Below, one piece after another: positions 26,156 through 35,569 of a DNA stretch of 64,000 nucleotides (positions are counted from its first letter, which is position 1; each line of letters starts with the position of its first letter). Location: positions 224,481 to 288,480 of the forward strand of contig DASPLK010000002.1 in NCBI GenBank assembly GCA_035627595.1. The letters run 5' to 3'. This stretch comes from Minisyncoccota bacterium. Lineage in GTDB: Bacteria; Patescibacteriota; Minisyncoccia; Phycocordibacterales; Phycocordibacteraceae. Both the position numbers and the translations under genes were made by a program. Below the pieces are notes generated by a model, which saw only the letters and a program-made list of their open reading frames with translations, was not told where the DNA came from and searched no databases.

Positions 26156-27637
26156 CTACTTCGCGAGGTCGAGAACCTCATCGATCCTTACTTCCTGGAC
26201 GAACTCCGGTACGTGTGAGACTAGCACCATTGCGCCCTCGTACTGATCGAGCGCCTTTGCGATCACCGGTAGGTGCCTGAAGTTGATGTGGTTGGTTGGC
26301 TCATCGAGGATAAGGAGGCCAGGACGGAGCAGTACGAGCTTCGCAAACGCGACCAGGCCTTTCTGCCCCTCAGAGAGCATGCCAATTTTCTTGTTTATCG
26401 TATCTGCCGTAATGAGAAATCCTGCGGCAGTTGCGCGCATCTGCTCCTCGTTCGGCTTCTCCATCGCCGCCAGCAATTCCTCGCGCGCAGTCTTATCAAA
26501 GTCAAGCGTCGAGAAGTCTTGGCGATAGTAGCCGACCTTAACACCCTTTTGTATAGCGGCTCCCTGGGCCGTGCCGCTTGCGATTGACTCGAGCAAGGTC
26601 GTCTTGCCGATGCCGTTTGGACCCTTCAGCTGAAGGTGCGAGTGGCGCTTTAGGACAATGTTCGCCTTTTTCTCCTTAGGCACGTGTTTCTTGGGATCCA
26701 TCACCGAAAGTGAGGTAATGGTGAGTATCTCGCCAATGATGTCTTCCTGCGCTGGGATAGTGAACGGACGAATGGTCTTATCCTCTTTACGGACATCAAC
26801 CTTCTCTTCTTCCATCTCTTCGATCTCTGTACGCATCTTCTTTGCCACAAGACGCATTTTGCCGCCCTTTTGCGCGAAGAAGTTAGCCTTGTCCTTGTTG
26901 TCCTGAATCTTCTTAGCCAGCTGCGCATTCTTACGATTCTCGCGCTCGATACGGGCAGTTATTTCTTTGAGAAGGTCGTAGTAGTTGCCGACGTACTGCT
27001 CTACCTGCCGGGTATGCACATCAAGATACAAAACGCCGTCGGTGAAGGAATTAAGGAACTCAGCATCATGCGAAATGACGAGACAGGTCTTTTGATAGTC
27101 TTTGAGAAACGCGGTCAGGTGCTCGATGCCTGCGTGATCCAGGTTGTTGGTTGGCTCGTCTAGAAGAAGAAGGTCCGGATCCTGTATGAGCGCCGAAGCC
27201 AAGAGGAGACGCGCCTGCTGGCCGCCGGAGAATGCGCCCACGAGTTTATCGTGCGAAGCATGCAGATTCACCACATCAAGGATGGCATCTATCTTCGGAT
27301 CAATATCGTACACGGTCTCCTTGAAGCGACTCTGGAAGAAGTCACGCACCGTCATGGTGCGCTCCTCAGGACGCACCACCTGGTGCGAGAGAGCGATGGA
27401 GGTGCGGGGCGAAAATACAATCTTGCCATCCTCAGGCTTGAGCGCATCAGTGATGAGCTTAAATATGGTGGTCTTGCCCGCACCGTTCTGTCCCATGACC
27501 GTCACTTTTGAGCCACGCTTAACAGAGAAGTTCACCCCGTCCAGGATGGGGTGATTATGACCGTACCCAAAGGATACGTCCTCGAATCGCACGACCGCCT
27601 CGCGGGGCGCGCTGTTTGTAGGTTTCTGACTAGCCAC
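26156..27637 (-). CDS. ABC-F family ATP-binding protein
   Basis: Two ABC domains (GQNGAGKT/FSGGQ/LDEPTNNLD and GPNGIGKT/LSEGQ/LDEPTNH); no TM segments. Confidence 0.93.
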   Translation of the reverse strand: MASQKPTNSAPREAVVRFEDVSFGYGHNHPILDGVNFSVKRGSKVTVMGQNGAGKTTIFKLITDALKPEDGKIVFSPRTSIALSHQVVRPEERTMTVRDFFQSRFKETVYDIDPKIDAILDVVNLHASHDKLVGAFSGGQQARLLLASALIQDPDLLLLDEPTNNLDHAGIEHLTAFLKDYQKTCLVISHDAEFLNSFTDGVLYLDVHTRQVEQYVGNYYDLLKEITARIERENRKNAQLAKKIQDNKDKANFFAQKGGKMRLVAKKMRTEIEEMEEEKVDVRKEDKTIRPFTIPAQEDIIGEILTITSLSVMDPKKHVPKEKKANIVLKRHSHLQLKGPNGIGKTTLLESIASGTAQGAAIQKGVKVGYYRQDFSTLDFDKTAREELLAAMEKPNEEQMRATAAGFLITADTINKKIGMLSEGQKGLVAFAKLVLLRPGLLILDEPTNHINFRHLPVIAKALDQYEGAMVLVSHVPEFVQEVRIDEVLDLAK

Positions 27638-27721
27638 GTTACTAGTACCCTACCTCAGCTTTGCCGTTCTCCCAAGCCCGTTCATTGCCGACTCACTCCT
27701 TCTCCCCCATACTTTTCGTAT

Positions 27722-28282
27722 ATGAGAACCTCAACCATCGTGCTCGCCATCCTGGCGCTCTTGGGCATAATCGTAGCGGTATACGCATACACCAAGGACG
27801 ATCCGGAATCGGTCGTTGCAGAACCGACATCATTTGCGGAGTGTGCAGTTCTATATCCAGTCATGGAAAGTTACCCGCGCCAGTGCAACACACCGTCGGG
27901 TCTCCACTTTACTGAGGAGGTGCCCGCACCAGTCGTGCCCGTACCTTCGGAGGCCGCTATTGAGGGCCTTATCGAAGTTGACCGCCCCGTCATCGACCAA
28001 GCAGTCGCGTCGCCGCTCAATATAAGCGGCAGGGCGCGCGGCTATTGGTTCTTCGAGGCAACGTTCCCGATAGAGCTGCAGGACGCTGCAGGCAATGTAA
28101 TTGCGGAGCACTACGCAGAGGCAGAAGGCGAATGGATGACGGAGGAGTTCGTACCGTACACCGCTTCCCTCACCTATCCTGCGCAGCCTGCTGGCTCTGA
28201 AGGTTCCCTGGTACTCAGGCGTTCGAATGCCTCAGGAGACCCGGAACGTGATCAGGAACTGGTCATCCCCGTTAGTTTCTAA
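27722..28282 (+). CDS. Gmad2 Ig-like domain membrane-anchored protein
   Basis: SFAEC..YPVMESYPRQC motif, SPL-ISGRARGYWFFEATFP and WMTEEFVP. Confidence 0.85.
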   Translation: MRTSTIVLAILALLGIIVAVYAYTKDDPESVVAEPTSFAECAVLYPVMESYPRQCNTPSGLHFTEEVPAPVVPVPSEAAIEGLIEVDRPVIDQAVASPLNISGRARGYWFFEATFPIELQDAAGNVIAEHYAEAEGEWMTEEFVPYTASLTYPAQPAGSEGSLVLRRSNASGDPERDQELVIPVSF

Positions 28283-28857
28283 CGATCCACGAGCAGTGGG
28301 TACGGGTTAACAGGACCCTCCTGGGTGTACATACCGAAATGGAGATGCGGCGGCGTACCCGTCGCATTTCCCGTATTGCCCACATATCCAATGACCGTAT
28401 CAGGGGTGAGCGAAGTGCCGAATGCTATGCCGTCAGCGACGCGATTGAGATGCGCGTAGTAGTAGCGGATGCCGCCAGGACCTATCGTAAACACGATGGT
28501 ACCGCCGAGACGGTTCTCGCCCGCACGAAGCACGTAACCGCGCGTAGCAGCGTATACCGGCGTACCACGGGGTGCGAATATATCAGTCCCTTCGTGATAG
28601 CGCCCTTCGCTTCGCGCCTCGCCCCAGGTGTCTGCGACCTCACGCAGTCGTATCCCAGAAACGGGTAGCGGGAGCTCCGTTGTTGGTGGCTCTGCAGTTA
28701 GTCGCGCGACCCGGTACGGAAGTGCAAGGGTATCAAAATAGTCTGCCAGCTGGATGACTATATCTGCCTGGTGTTCATTCCAGGCGCGGAACGTATAGCC
28801 AAAGGAAATAAATATTAAGAGGCAGAGGAAAAGCGCGAACATGCTCCGGCGCGTCAT
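28279..28857 (-). CDS. M23 family metallopeptidase
   Basis: HEGTDIFA (HxxxD), YYYAHL and PHLHF (HxH). Confidence 0.93.
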   Translation of the reverse strand: MTRRSMFALFLCLLIFISFGYTFRAWNEHQADIVIQLADYFDTLALPYRVARLTAEPPTTELPLPVSGIRLREVADTWGEARSEGRYHEGTDIFAPRGTPVYAATRGYVLRAGENRLGGTIVFTIGPGGIRYYYAHLNRVADGIAFGTSLTPDTVIGYVGNTGNATGTPPHLHFGMYTQEGPVNPYPLLVDR

Positions 28858-28896
28858 ACCTGAAGCGTACTAGATGCGTCAGAAGCGCGGATGAAG

Positions 28897-29382
28897 CTAG
28901 TTTGAGACCTGGAAGTACTTGGTCGTACCGTTTGGTCCTACGGTCGATGCCTCAAACACACCAGTTCCCGCGTTAACCGTCGGTACAGTTAAATTCGTAA
29001 GGATGACCGGCTCGTCTGAGTATTCGAGGTTCGCATAAAGCGCACAATGTCCGCCGGCGGTAACGAGGTAGCGATAAAGCGTGTTAGACGCAGTGCCATT
29101 TGGGTCCAGCGGGATGGTAGAGAGGTACTCAGCATACTGCGCGTTCTGCGCTATGAGCTCTGGTACGATTTCGGAAATATCGTAGTCGCCCGGGCCTGCG
29201 TTTGGAAGATAGCAATTGCCCGTTAAGATGCGACCAAATTGCGATATCTCCATCATACGTTCAGAGTCGCGTGCCTTCGTGCGTGCCTGCGTTGTCGCAA
29301 CAAGCGCTATGGAAGTAAGTATTCCAATAATAGCGATGACGATAAGGAGTTCGAGCAGGGAGAAGCCGCGTCTAGTGTTCAT
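28897..29382 (-). CDS. Type IV pilin / T2SS pseudopilin
   Basis: Class III signal RRG/FSLLELLIVIAIIGIL and KARDSER. Confidence 0.92.
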   Translation of the reverse strand: MNTRRGFSLLELLIVIAIIGILTSIALVATTQARTKARDSERMMEISQFGRILTGNCYLPNAGPGDYDISEIVPELIAQNAQYAEYLSTIPLDPNGTASNTLYRYLVTAGGHCALYANLEYSDEPVILTNLTVPTVNAGTGVFEASTVGPNGTTKYFQVSN

Positions 29383-29402
29383 GGATACCCGTATGCTAGC
29401 AC

Positions 29403-29555
29403 CTAGTTAAAGACGCTTCGAAAGATATCAAGGTTCCCTTCAACTACGAATTGATATGCCCTCCTGAGATCAAAGCCAAATAGCGCAAAGAAGATGAGTA
29501 TAAGCACTGCGAGTATGAGTACTGTCTGCATGCCGCTGTCACCTCGCTTTGCCAT
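29403..29555 (-). CDS. 50-aa single-TM small protein (not in ORF track)
   Basis: MAKRGDSGMQTVLILAVLILIFFALFGFDLRRAYQFVVEGNLDIFRSVFN; starts 1 nt after the dsbB-like stop and fills the gap. Confidence 0.65.
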   Translation of the reverse strand: MAKRGDSGMQTVLILAVLILIFFALFGFDLRRAYQFVVEGNLDIFRSVFN

Positions 29556-29556
29556 G

Positions 29557-30078
29557 CTATTTGCGCATAAGTAGCATGAGCGCTGCTGCTAGGACGAACG
29601 CTGCAGCCGCCATCAGTGGAAATGTTACAAACCCGAACTCGAATATGATGCGTTGCGCGCAATCTGCAGCACCGGGAGCAGCAGGACACGGCAACTCTCC
29701 GACAGCACCCATCTGAAGCAGATGCTGATACAGGGCGATTACTGCACCGGGGATAGAAAGCCCGAGAATATACTTTCCGACGCCACGGTCCTTTGTGATA
29801 AGCGCGATACCGAGAATGATCGGCATTGGGTATAGGAGCGCGCGCTGCAACCAGCAGAGCCCGCAGGGCGCGATGCCCCACAAGTCCGAATAAACGAGCG
29901 ACATGAGGGATGCGCCGAGCGTAAGTACAAACGCGAGCGGAAGCACGTACGCGCGCACACCATCAAGGAGCGCTTGCCTTTTAAGGGCGACGAGCGCGAA
30001 TATGACCGCAGCCGCGATAAGCGAGAGCACGGTCCCGAATGCAAGGAAATCGGTCACATGTGCCGCGGTCTCGGTCAT
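29557..30078 (-). CDS. DsbB/BdbC-family disulfide oxidoreductase
   Basis: SLVYS...PCGLCWLQR, second Cys pair, FGFVTFPLMA; multiple TM segments. Confidence 0.9.
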   Translation of the reverse strand: MTETAAHVTDFLAFGTVLSLIAAAVIFALVALKRQALLDGVRAYVLPLAFVLTLGASLMSLVYSDLWGIAPCGLCWLQRALLYPMPIILGIALITKDRGVGKYILGLSIPGAVIALYQHLLQMGAVGELPCPAAPGAADCAQRIIFEFGFVTFPLMAAAAFVLAAALMLLMRK

Positions 30079-30081
30079 ACG

Positions 30082-30456
30082 CTATGCAGGAAGCTCACAG
30101 GAGGTCTTCTGAGAAAGCGCCTCGAGGCTCTGTGTACCGTCGAGCCGTGTACCGTCCGGAAAGACCCAGGTCGGGTACCCGGTGATGCCTGCATCGGTAC
30201 AGACCTGAAGCTGGCCCTGGCCGCTCGGCTGCGAACATTCGACGTACGGAAGAAGCTTTTCAGACTTGCCGAACATCGCCTTCTGCTGCTGGCAGTGCGG
30301 GCACCAGAACGCGCCATAGAAGAGTGCGCCGCTATCCTTGAGGCAGGTGGCGAACGAGTCGTGCTTGCCTGGCTGGGTCATGTACCACGCCCAGTAGCCC
30401 ATGGGAACGCCTATAAGCAGGAGGAGCACGATGAGAATCGGAAGTCGCTTTTTCAT
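30082..30456 (-). CDS. Membrane-anchored thioredoxin-like protein
   Basis: FYGAFWCPHC, YVEC and ITGYPTW (Trx fold of the VKOR-partner type). Confidence 0.9.
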   Translation of the reverse strand: MKKRLPILIVLLLLIGVPMGYWAWYMTQPGKHDSFATCLKDSGALFYGAFWCPHCQQQKAMFGKSEKLLPYVECSQPSGQGQLQVCTDAGITGYPTWVFPDGTRLDGTQSLEALSQKTSCELPA

Positions 30457-30477
30457 GATCTCAAGTATAGCAAACGG

Positions 30478-31020
30478 CTATGCCAGAAGTATCTTGATAG
30501 CGAGACCGATGAGAACAAATGCGCCAATGGTCTGCACACGGCTCCCAAGTACGAGCGTGCCTTTATTCCCGAGGTACATGCCGAGCAATCCAGCAGCAAA
30601 CGTAACGCCGCCGATAAGCGTTACCGCGAGCGGCATGTTAACCGTCACAAAATTAAAGGTGAATCCGATGACGAGCGCGTCAACGCTGGTCGCTAGTGCA
30701 AGGATGAAAAGCGTGCCTGGATGCATGATACGCTCCACATCCCCTTCGCCTTTAGAGAAAGAGTCCTTGAGCATCTTGAGGCCGACGAATAAAAGAAGCA
30801 CGAAGCCGATTATGTGTCCGTACGCTGAAAGATATTCGCGGAATCCATACCCGAGCAAAAGTCCCACTACCGGCATCATTGCGTGGAAAAACGCAAACAC
30901 CCCTGAGACGAAGAGTGCATTTTTAAGGGTCGGCTTGTGTGCCGCGCTTGCAGCAAGGCACACGACTGCTACGTCGACAGCAAGACTGAGCGCGATGGAA
31001 AGGAGTTCGAGGAAGCCCAT
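30478..31020 (-). CDS. mntP: MntP/YtaF-family manganese efflux pump
   Basis: Duplicated LSLAVD / ATSVDAL motifs, FHAMMP and GAFVLIGLAIKIL. Confidence 0.85.
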   Translation of the reverse strand: MGFLELLSIALSLAVDVAVVCLAASAAHKPTLKNALFVSGVFAFFHAMMPVVGLLLGYGFREYLSAYGHIIGFVLLLFVGLKMLKDSFSKGEGDVERIMHPGTLFILALATSVDALVIGFTFNFVTVNMPLAVTLIGGVTFAAGLLGMYLGNKGTLVLGSRVQTIGAFVLIGLAIKILLA

Positions 31021-31070
31021 TCGACCTAGCATAGCGATGAAGGTATATGGAGGCAAGCGCATATGAAGAA

Positions 31071-31096
31071 GCCCCGTCCGATCTCCCGGACGGGGC
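31071..31096 (-). terminator. Hairpin downstream of the 477-aa orphan gene
   Basis: GCCCCGTCCG-N6-CGGACGGGGC, followed by TTCTT on the minus strand. Confidence 0.65.
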
Positions 31097-31112
31097 TCAA
31101 GTCTCAACGGTC

Positions 31113-32546
31113 CTAGGACCGCTTAACGAACAGCACTGCGCTCACGCAGGCGAAGACCGGTTCGAAGGAGACGACGTGGTCGACTCGCTCGATCCGGTAC
31201 CCTTCCGCATATGCGGCCGCCTGGTCCTCCGCAAAGGACGCAGAGCTGCTCCAGAGAACGCGTACGCTCCGTATGTCCTGCGGATTCCGCAGAGCAGAGC
31301 CGGAAGGCCCGGTCGTGGATATTTGGACAGGAGGAGCGGGAAGCTCTTCCGATCCCGGCTCCTCGATCGGCGGTGGCACAGGCGCGGCCGGTTCAGGCTC
31401 GAGTTGCGGCATTGCCGATTCCAGAACCGTCGCTTCCGCTGGAGTTGCCGGCTCGAGGGCCAGCGTCTCCTGCACCACCTCGTCGTTCGCCGCAGTCAGC
31501 ACCTCCGCATTCTGGCCAGCTCTGAAGATCTGCCAGGCACGGATGAGGAATTTGCGCTCCTCGGTGCCACGAATACGAGCGCTCGCAGAGTTGCCGGCAG
31601 GGACCTCGAACTGCTCGCGCAGCCGCTTGATCATCTGCGACATATTCGCTTCAGTGGTGTCGAGCGCATGGGCTGCCTGGGCATACTCACCGTACTTTGC
31701 GAGCGCATCGAGGAACTCGATGGCCCGCTTGGTCACCTTGTCCGCCGAGACGAACGCGGCGATACGCTTGGCAAGCGCCGCAAGCTCTGGCTCTGCTTCC
31801 GTCGGAGACGGTGCAGCAACCAGAACCAGTGGTTGCGGGGTCGTGTTGTCCACGACTTCCGCCGCCACCTGGTCGCCCGAAGCATGCGCTTCGATGATAA
31901 GCGCGCGAACGCGTTCATCATCGAACGGGATACGGATGCCGAGCGACTTGCAGAGCTTCTGCAGGTGACTCTCGACAGTCGATCGATCCGCGCCGCCGTC
32001 TTTTGCATGGAGTAGTTCGACCATGTGTTCGACGGTATGGCCCGCAACGACCCAGCTCAGGAACTGCCGCTTCCACTCCGTGAGATCAGGAAAGCGAGCG
32101 GCCACATCCTGAGGAGTCGGCAGCGGGCTATCACTGACCATGGAGACCACTGGAGCTGGAGCTGGAGCTTGGGGCTCCGAAGCGGGCTCCGGCGCGCCAA
32201 GACACGGTGAAGTAAGTGCCTTGATGAGAAACTGTTCCGTCTCTGGTTCCGGACGCCACCCTTCCCGCTCATAGATGCGATCGATGACGGCTGCCGCCTG
32301 ACGCTTCTGCAGCGACGAAAGACTGAGATTGATGCCGAGCCGTTTGTAGAGCGTATTGAGGCGCTCTTCAAGATGCGCTCGGTTAACCCTCGCCATGATA
32401 CAAAGCTTGGCGTCGTCATCCGAGATGCACGAGAGGAGGTCCGAGTCGCTGCCGCTCAGTTTGGCGACACGTGTACGGATACTCTTCAGGTTCAGGCTCG
32501 GGGGAAATCGCCCGCCCGCCGGGCTCGTCGGTTGCAGTGCATGCAT
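31113..32546 (-). CDS. Hypothetical multi-HTH protein with Pro/Glu-rich linkers
   Basis: 477-aa ORF with AAAGGG SD-like site; two LuxR-like segments and one LysR-like HTH segment seen by eye. Confidence 0.7.
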   Translation of the reverse strand: MHALQPTSPAGGRFPPSLNLKSIRTRVAKLSGSDSDLLSCISDDDAKLCIMARVNRAHLEERLNTLYKRLGINLSLSSLQKRQAAAVIDRIYEREGWRPEPETEQFLIKALTSPCLGAPEPASEPQAPAPAPVVSMVSDSPLPTPQDVAARFPDLTEWKRQFLSWVVAGHTVEHMVELLHAKDGGADRSTVESHLQKLCKSLGIRIPFDDERVRALIIEAHASGDQVAAEVVDNTTPQPLVLVAAPSPTEAEPELAALAKRIAAFVSADKVTKRAIEFLDALAKYGEYAQAAHALDTTEANMSQMIKRLREQFEVPAGNSASARIRGTEERKFLIRAWQIFRAGQNAEVLTAANDEVVQETLALEPATPAEATVLESAMPQLEPEPAAPVPPPIEEPGSEELPAPPVQISTTGPSGSALRNPQDIRSVRVLWSSSASFAEDQAAAYAEGYRIERVDHVVSFEPVFACVSAVLFVKRS

Positions 32547-32637
32547 TACAGTGCCCTTTCGCGTTTGGGTTTCGGTTGTATGGGACTATCCCATTTTGGA
32601 TTATGCTTAGTTTCTTAAGAAATACAAGAATGCACTT

Positions 32638-33420
32638 TTACGACGCCAATGAGAGAGCGCCTATGAGCCCTGCTGCATCCCCAAGCGTCGCCGGCACTAG
32701 TTCAGGCATCGACTGGCCATCTGCAATACGCGTGAGCTCTATTGCGATTCGATGAATAGAGAAACCCGGCTCCTTTAAAATCATCGCGCCTCCTAGAACA
32801 ACAATATCTGGAGACCATGTGCGCACGAGGTTATAGATACCCACCGCAAGTGCACTGGTTCGATCGTTATATACCGAGAGTGGAATGTCTTTTGGCGACA
32901 GACATGTCTCACGTGCAAGCGCTGCGCCGCTTACCAAGTCCTCAAGCGTACGCCCTGTTGCAAAATCTATGATCTGTTTGCCCGGCTCAAGTCCGTGCGC
33001 AGACGGCTGCAGCGCACCATCCACAACAAGGGTGCCGCCTGCACCGGTTCCGACCGTAAGGTACGCGACGATCTGATGGTTCTTCCCTGCGCCCTCGAGC
33101 GCTTCGCCAAGCCCCTCCACATCTGCATCGTTCATAAGTATCGCTGGAGCCTTGAACGCATCTGCAGCCATACTCTGGAAATTGGACTTCTCCCATCCTG
33201 GGAGGTTCGGGGCGCCTGTTATGGCGCCGTTATCGACGGCGCCGGCGACACCACCAGAGACCATGTCTATGCTCTGACCACCCACGAATTCGCGCATAAA
33301 TGTTATTGCATCCTCAGGACTCTTAGGTGTTGGTACCTTGCGCACCTCGCCCATCACACCCTCCTCGTTGATGGAGAGTCGCATATTTGTTCCGCCGATA
33401 TCAAAAAGGAGAACGTTCAT
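32638..33420 (-). CDS. ROK family sugar kinase
   Basis: FDIGGTN, APNLPGW, MNDA, LTVGTGAGG, VVLGG and AGLIGA. Confidence 0.9.
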   Translation of the reverse strand: MNVLLFDIGGTNMRLSINEEGVMGEVRKVPTPKSPEDAITFMREFVGGQSIDMVSGGVAGAVDNGAITGAPNLPGWEKSNFQSMAADAFKAPAILMNDADVEGLGEALEGAGKNHQIVAYLTVGTGAGGTLVVDGALQPSAHGLEPGKQIIDFATGRTLEDLVSGAALARETCLSPKDIPLSVYNDRTSALAVGIYNLVRTWSPDIVVLGGAMILKEPGFSIHRIAIELTRIADGQSMPELVPATLGDAAGLIGALSLAS

Positions 33421-34331
33421 AGGCGCTTCTTGAATTCTGCGATAAGCGGGGTCGCATCCGCCTCCACACCATACGATCCCGCCAGCGTATGCGATGCTTC
33501 GCGAAATAGCTGCCAGATGTATAGTATGCCCTCAATCCGACCTTCAGGGATCTGTAGTGCGTGCGTTTCCAGTCCACGCTCGTCCATGAGCTCCCTAAAC
33601 AGCTTCATGCGCCGCCGTATCCCCTGATGGTCTCCTCGATCCTCAAATAGCACTGGGACAAGGTCCTTAGCTAGATCGGTCGGACCCTTTGGATCGATAC
33701 CCTGGAACTCGTTATGGTTCAGCTCGGGAAATACATTTGCAAATGCGGGGACCTTTGCTGTCTCATTTAAAAGTATCTTCGCAATATACGTGTGCGCTTC
33801 GTTACGTGTCGAGGCGTATAGGAGAGGAATGCGATCCTGAAGCGCGTTCGCAAGGTGCAATACTGAGCGCTCGTCTACAATGATCTGCGTATCAAGGGCA
33901 CGAAGCACCTCCTCTTCTTTCAATAGCGCGGCGAGTGCTTTTGTGAGAAATCCAAACGCATCACGCGGCTCTAGTCCGGTCTTTGGCACCATAATCCTCG
34001 GCGTCTTCAAGAACTCTGCCTTGGAAAGAAGCGTCCCGCCGGTCGTGATAACAACTGTTTGATGTCCGCGGTTATGCGCAGCATCCAAAAATGAGATTGT
34101 TTCTTCGGTTTCTCCTGAATAGGAGATCGCGACATAGAGCGCGTCCTTGGGCGCGTGGTCGGGAAGATCGTAGTCGCGATGCACCGTGAGTGGCGTGTGA
34201 GTACACGATTGAAGCGCGAGCGCCGGGAGCGCAGAACCACCCATACCGCCCACAATCACCGAAGCAAAGTCGCTCACTTCCCCTTCTAGCTTCGGCTGAA
34301 AGCCTCGTTGCATTATCAGGATGTCGTTCAT
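33417..34331 (-). CDS. Bifunctional phosphoglucose/phosphomannose isomerase (SIS)
   Basis: GMGGS, ISYSGETEET, TTGG, NETAK and PELNHNE. Confidence 0.9.
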   Translation of the reverse strand: MNDILIMQRGFQPKLEGEVSDFASVIVGGMGGSALPALALQSCTHTPLTVHRDYDLPDHAPKDALYVAISYSGETEETISFLDAAHNRGHQTVVITTGGTLLSKAEFLKTPRIMVPKTGLEPRDAFGFLTKALAALLKEEEVLRALDTQIIVDERSVLHLANALQDRIPLLYASTRNEAHTYIAKILLNETAKVPAFANVFPELNHNEFQGIDPKGPTDLAKDLVPVLFEDRGDHQGIRRRMKLFRELMDERGLETHALQIPEGRIEGILYIWQLFREASHTLAGSYGVEADATPLIAEFKKRL

Positions 34332-35515
34332 GGCTCCATATCAAGCACGAGCGTACCCCAGGTGAATCGAGGGGCGCCGTAGGCCTCTCCAGTCTCCGGA
34401 TTGAAGTACTCCCGAAATCCGCAGCGCTCTATGTTCTCGCGACTTACCGTAGCAATCCACGATGCCTCTTTATCGTATCCATATGCTTTCAAGCCGTGAT
34501 AGATGAACCAGTGTGGCGCAAACCATATAGGTCCTCTCCAGAAGCCGTTAGGGCGATATGAAGGCTCCTTCTTTGAGACCGTGCGTATGCCAAAGGGCGA
34601 ATAGAACGTATCAGGATTATAGAAGTGCTCTTTGATGAGACGATCAGCTTCCTCTTTGGTGTATAGGTTAGCAAACAGCGGGGCGAAATGCGCCCAGGTA
34701 TGCACGTGGAGTAGATCATGCTCGGGACCGGTACCTGACCAGAAGATACCGTCGAACAAAAGGTGTTCGCGCATTGCGTCTCTGATGAGGCCCGCGTGGA
34801 GGGTCGCATAGCGCTCTGCCTCTTCCTCTCCGAGTAATGAAGCGATGTGCGCGAGCACCTCGAGGTTCTTGATGAGAATCGCGTTGAACGGTACGTCCTT
34901 TACCCAAAAATGGTTACGGGTACAAACATCCACCTCAAAATTGCAAGTACGGTTAGCAGCCATCAGCTTCTGTCGCTCGTACATATGCCCGAAGAACGAG
35001 ATGTCGGGATTCAAGCGCATTGGGTCATCAAAACGTGGAGAGTTGTCCTCGCCTGACTCGTCCGGGTTAATGATGCTCGCCAGGTGGTGGTCGTTCGGGT
35101 CGCGTGCCTCAACGACATAACGGTAGAAATTGAAGATCTTTGGAAAAAGCTCCTTCAGGAATCCTATGTCGTTGGTGTGTTTGTATATCTCCCATGCCGC
35201 GTACGCAACGAGTGGAGGCTGTGTGATGGAACTTGTGCCCTTCTTGCCCCAGCCGATGTTGTACGGACGAAAGATGCGCGGGCTCCAGAAGATCATATGC
35301 GGAATCATTCCATCCTCGAACTGGCGGGATAGCAATGAGCGCAGCTCTGCGATCGCAGCCTCAGGCTCCAGTTTTGCGAGCACGATGATGTGGAAGCAGG
35401 AATCCCAAAGCCATTGGTACGGATACGTGGTCGGAGACGGCACCGTATATTGATGCCCGGTAGCTAGGCGCCTATTTGCCCGCAGGAGGTCCTTGGATGC
35501 CTCGCGGAAGTCCAT
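34328..35515 (-). CDS. (alpha/alpha)6 glycoside hydrolase, GH63/trehalase-like (glucosyl/mannosylglycerate hydrolase type)
   Basis: YPYQWLWDSCF, ITQPP, ESGEDNSPRFD, FWRGPIW, FREYFNP and FTW. Confidence 0.88.
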   Translation of the reverse strand: MDFREASKDLLRANRRLATGHQYTVPSPTTYPYQWLWDSCFHIIVLAKLEPEAAIAELRSLLSRQFEDGMIPHMIFWSPRIFRPYNIGWGKKGTSSITQPPLVAYAAWEIYKHTNDIGFLKELFPKIFNFYRYVVEARDPNDHHLASIINPDESGEDNSPRFDDPMRLNPDISFFGHMYERQKLMAANRTCNFEVDVCTRNHFWVKDVPFNAILIKNLEVLAHIASLLGEEEAERYATLHAGLIRDAMREHLLFDGIFWSGTGPEHDLLHVHTWAHFAPLFANLYTKEEADRLIKEHFYNPDTFYSPFGIRTVSKKEPSYRPNGFWRGPIWFAPHWFIYHGLKAYGYDKEASWIATVSRENIERCGFREYFNPETGEAYGAPRFTWGTLVLDMEP

Positions 35516-35569
35516 GTACGTATCCTAGCAGTGCAGGAACAGATACGCGTTGCGCTATCCACGGATGAA

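Noticed and set aside
31047-32015. Long plus-strand ORFs (322 and 231 aa) opposite the multi-HTH gene
   Set aside because: Their Arg- or Ser-rich composition is typical of antisense frames, and the minus-strand ORF has the SD-like site, terminator and domain-like motifs.
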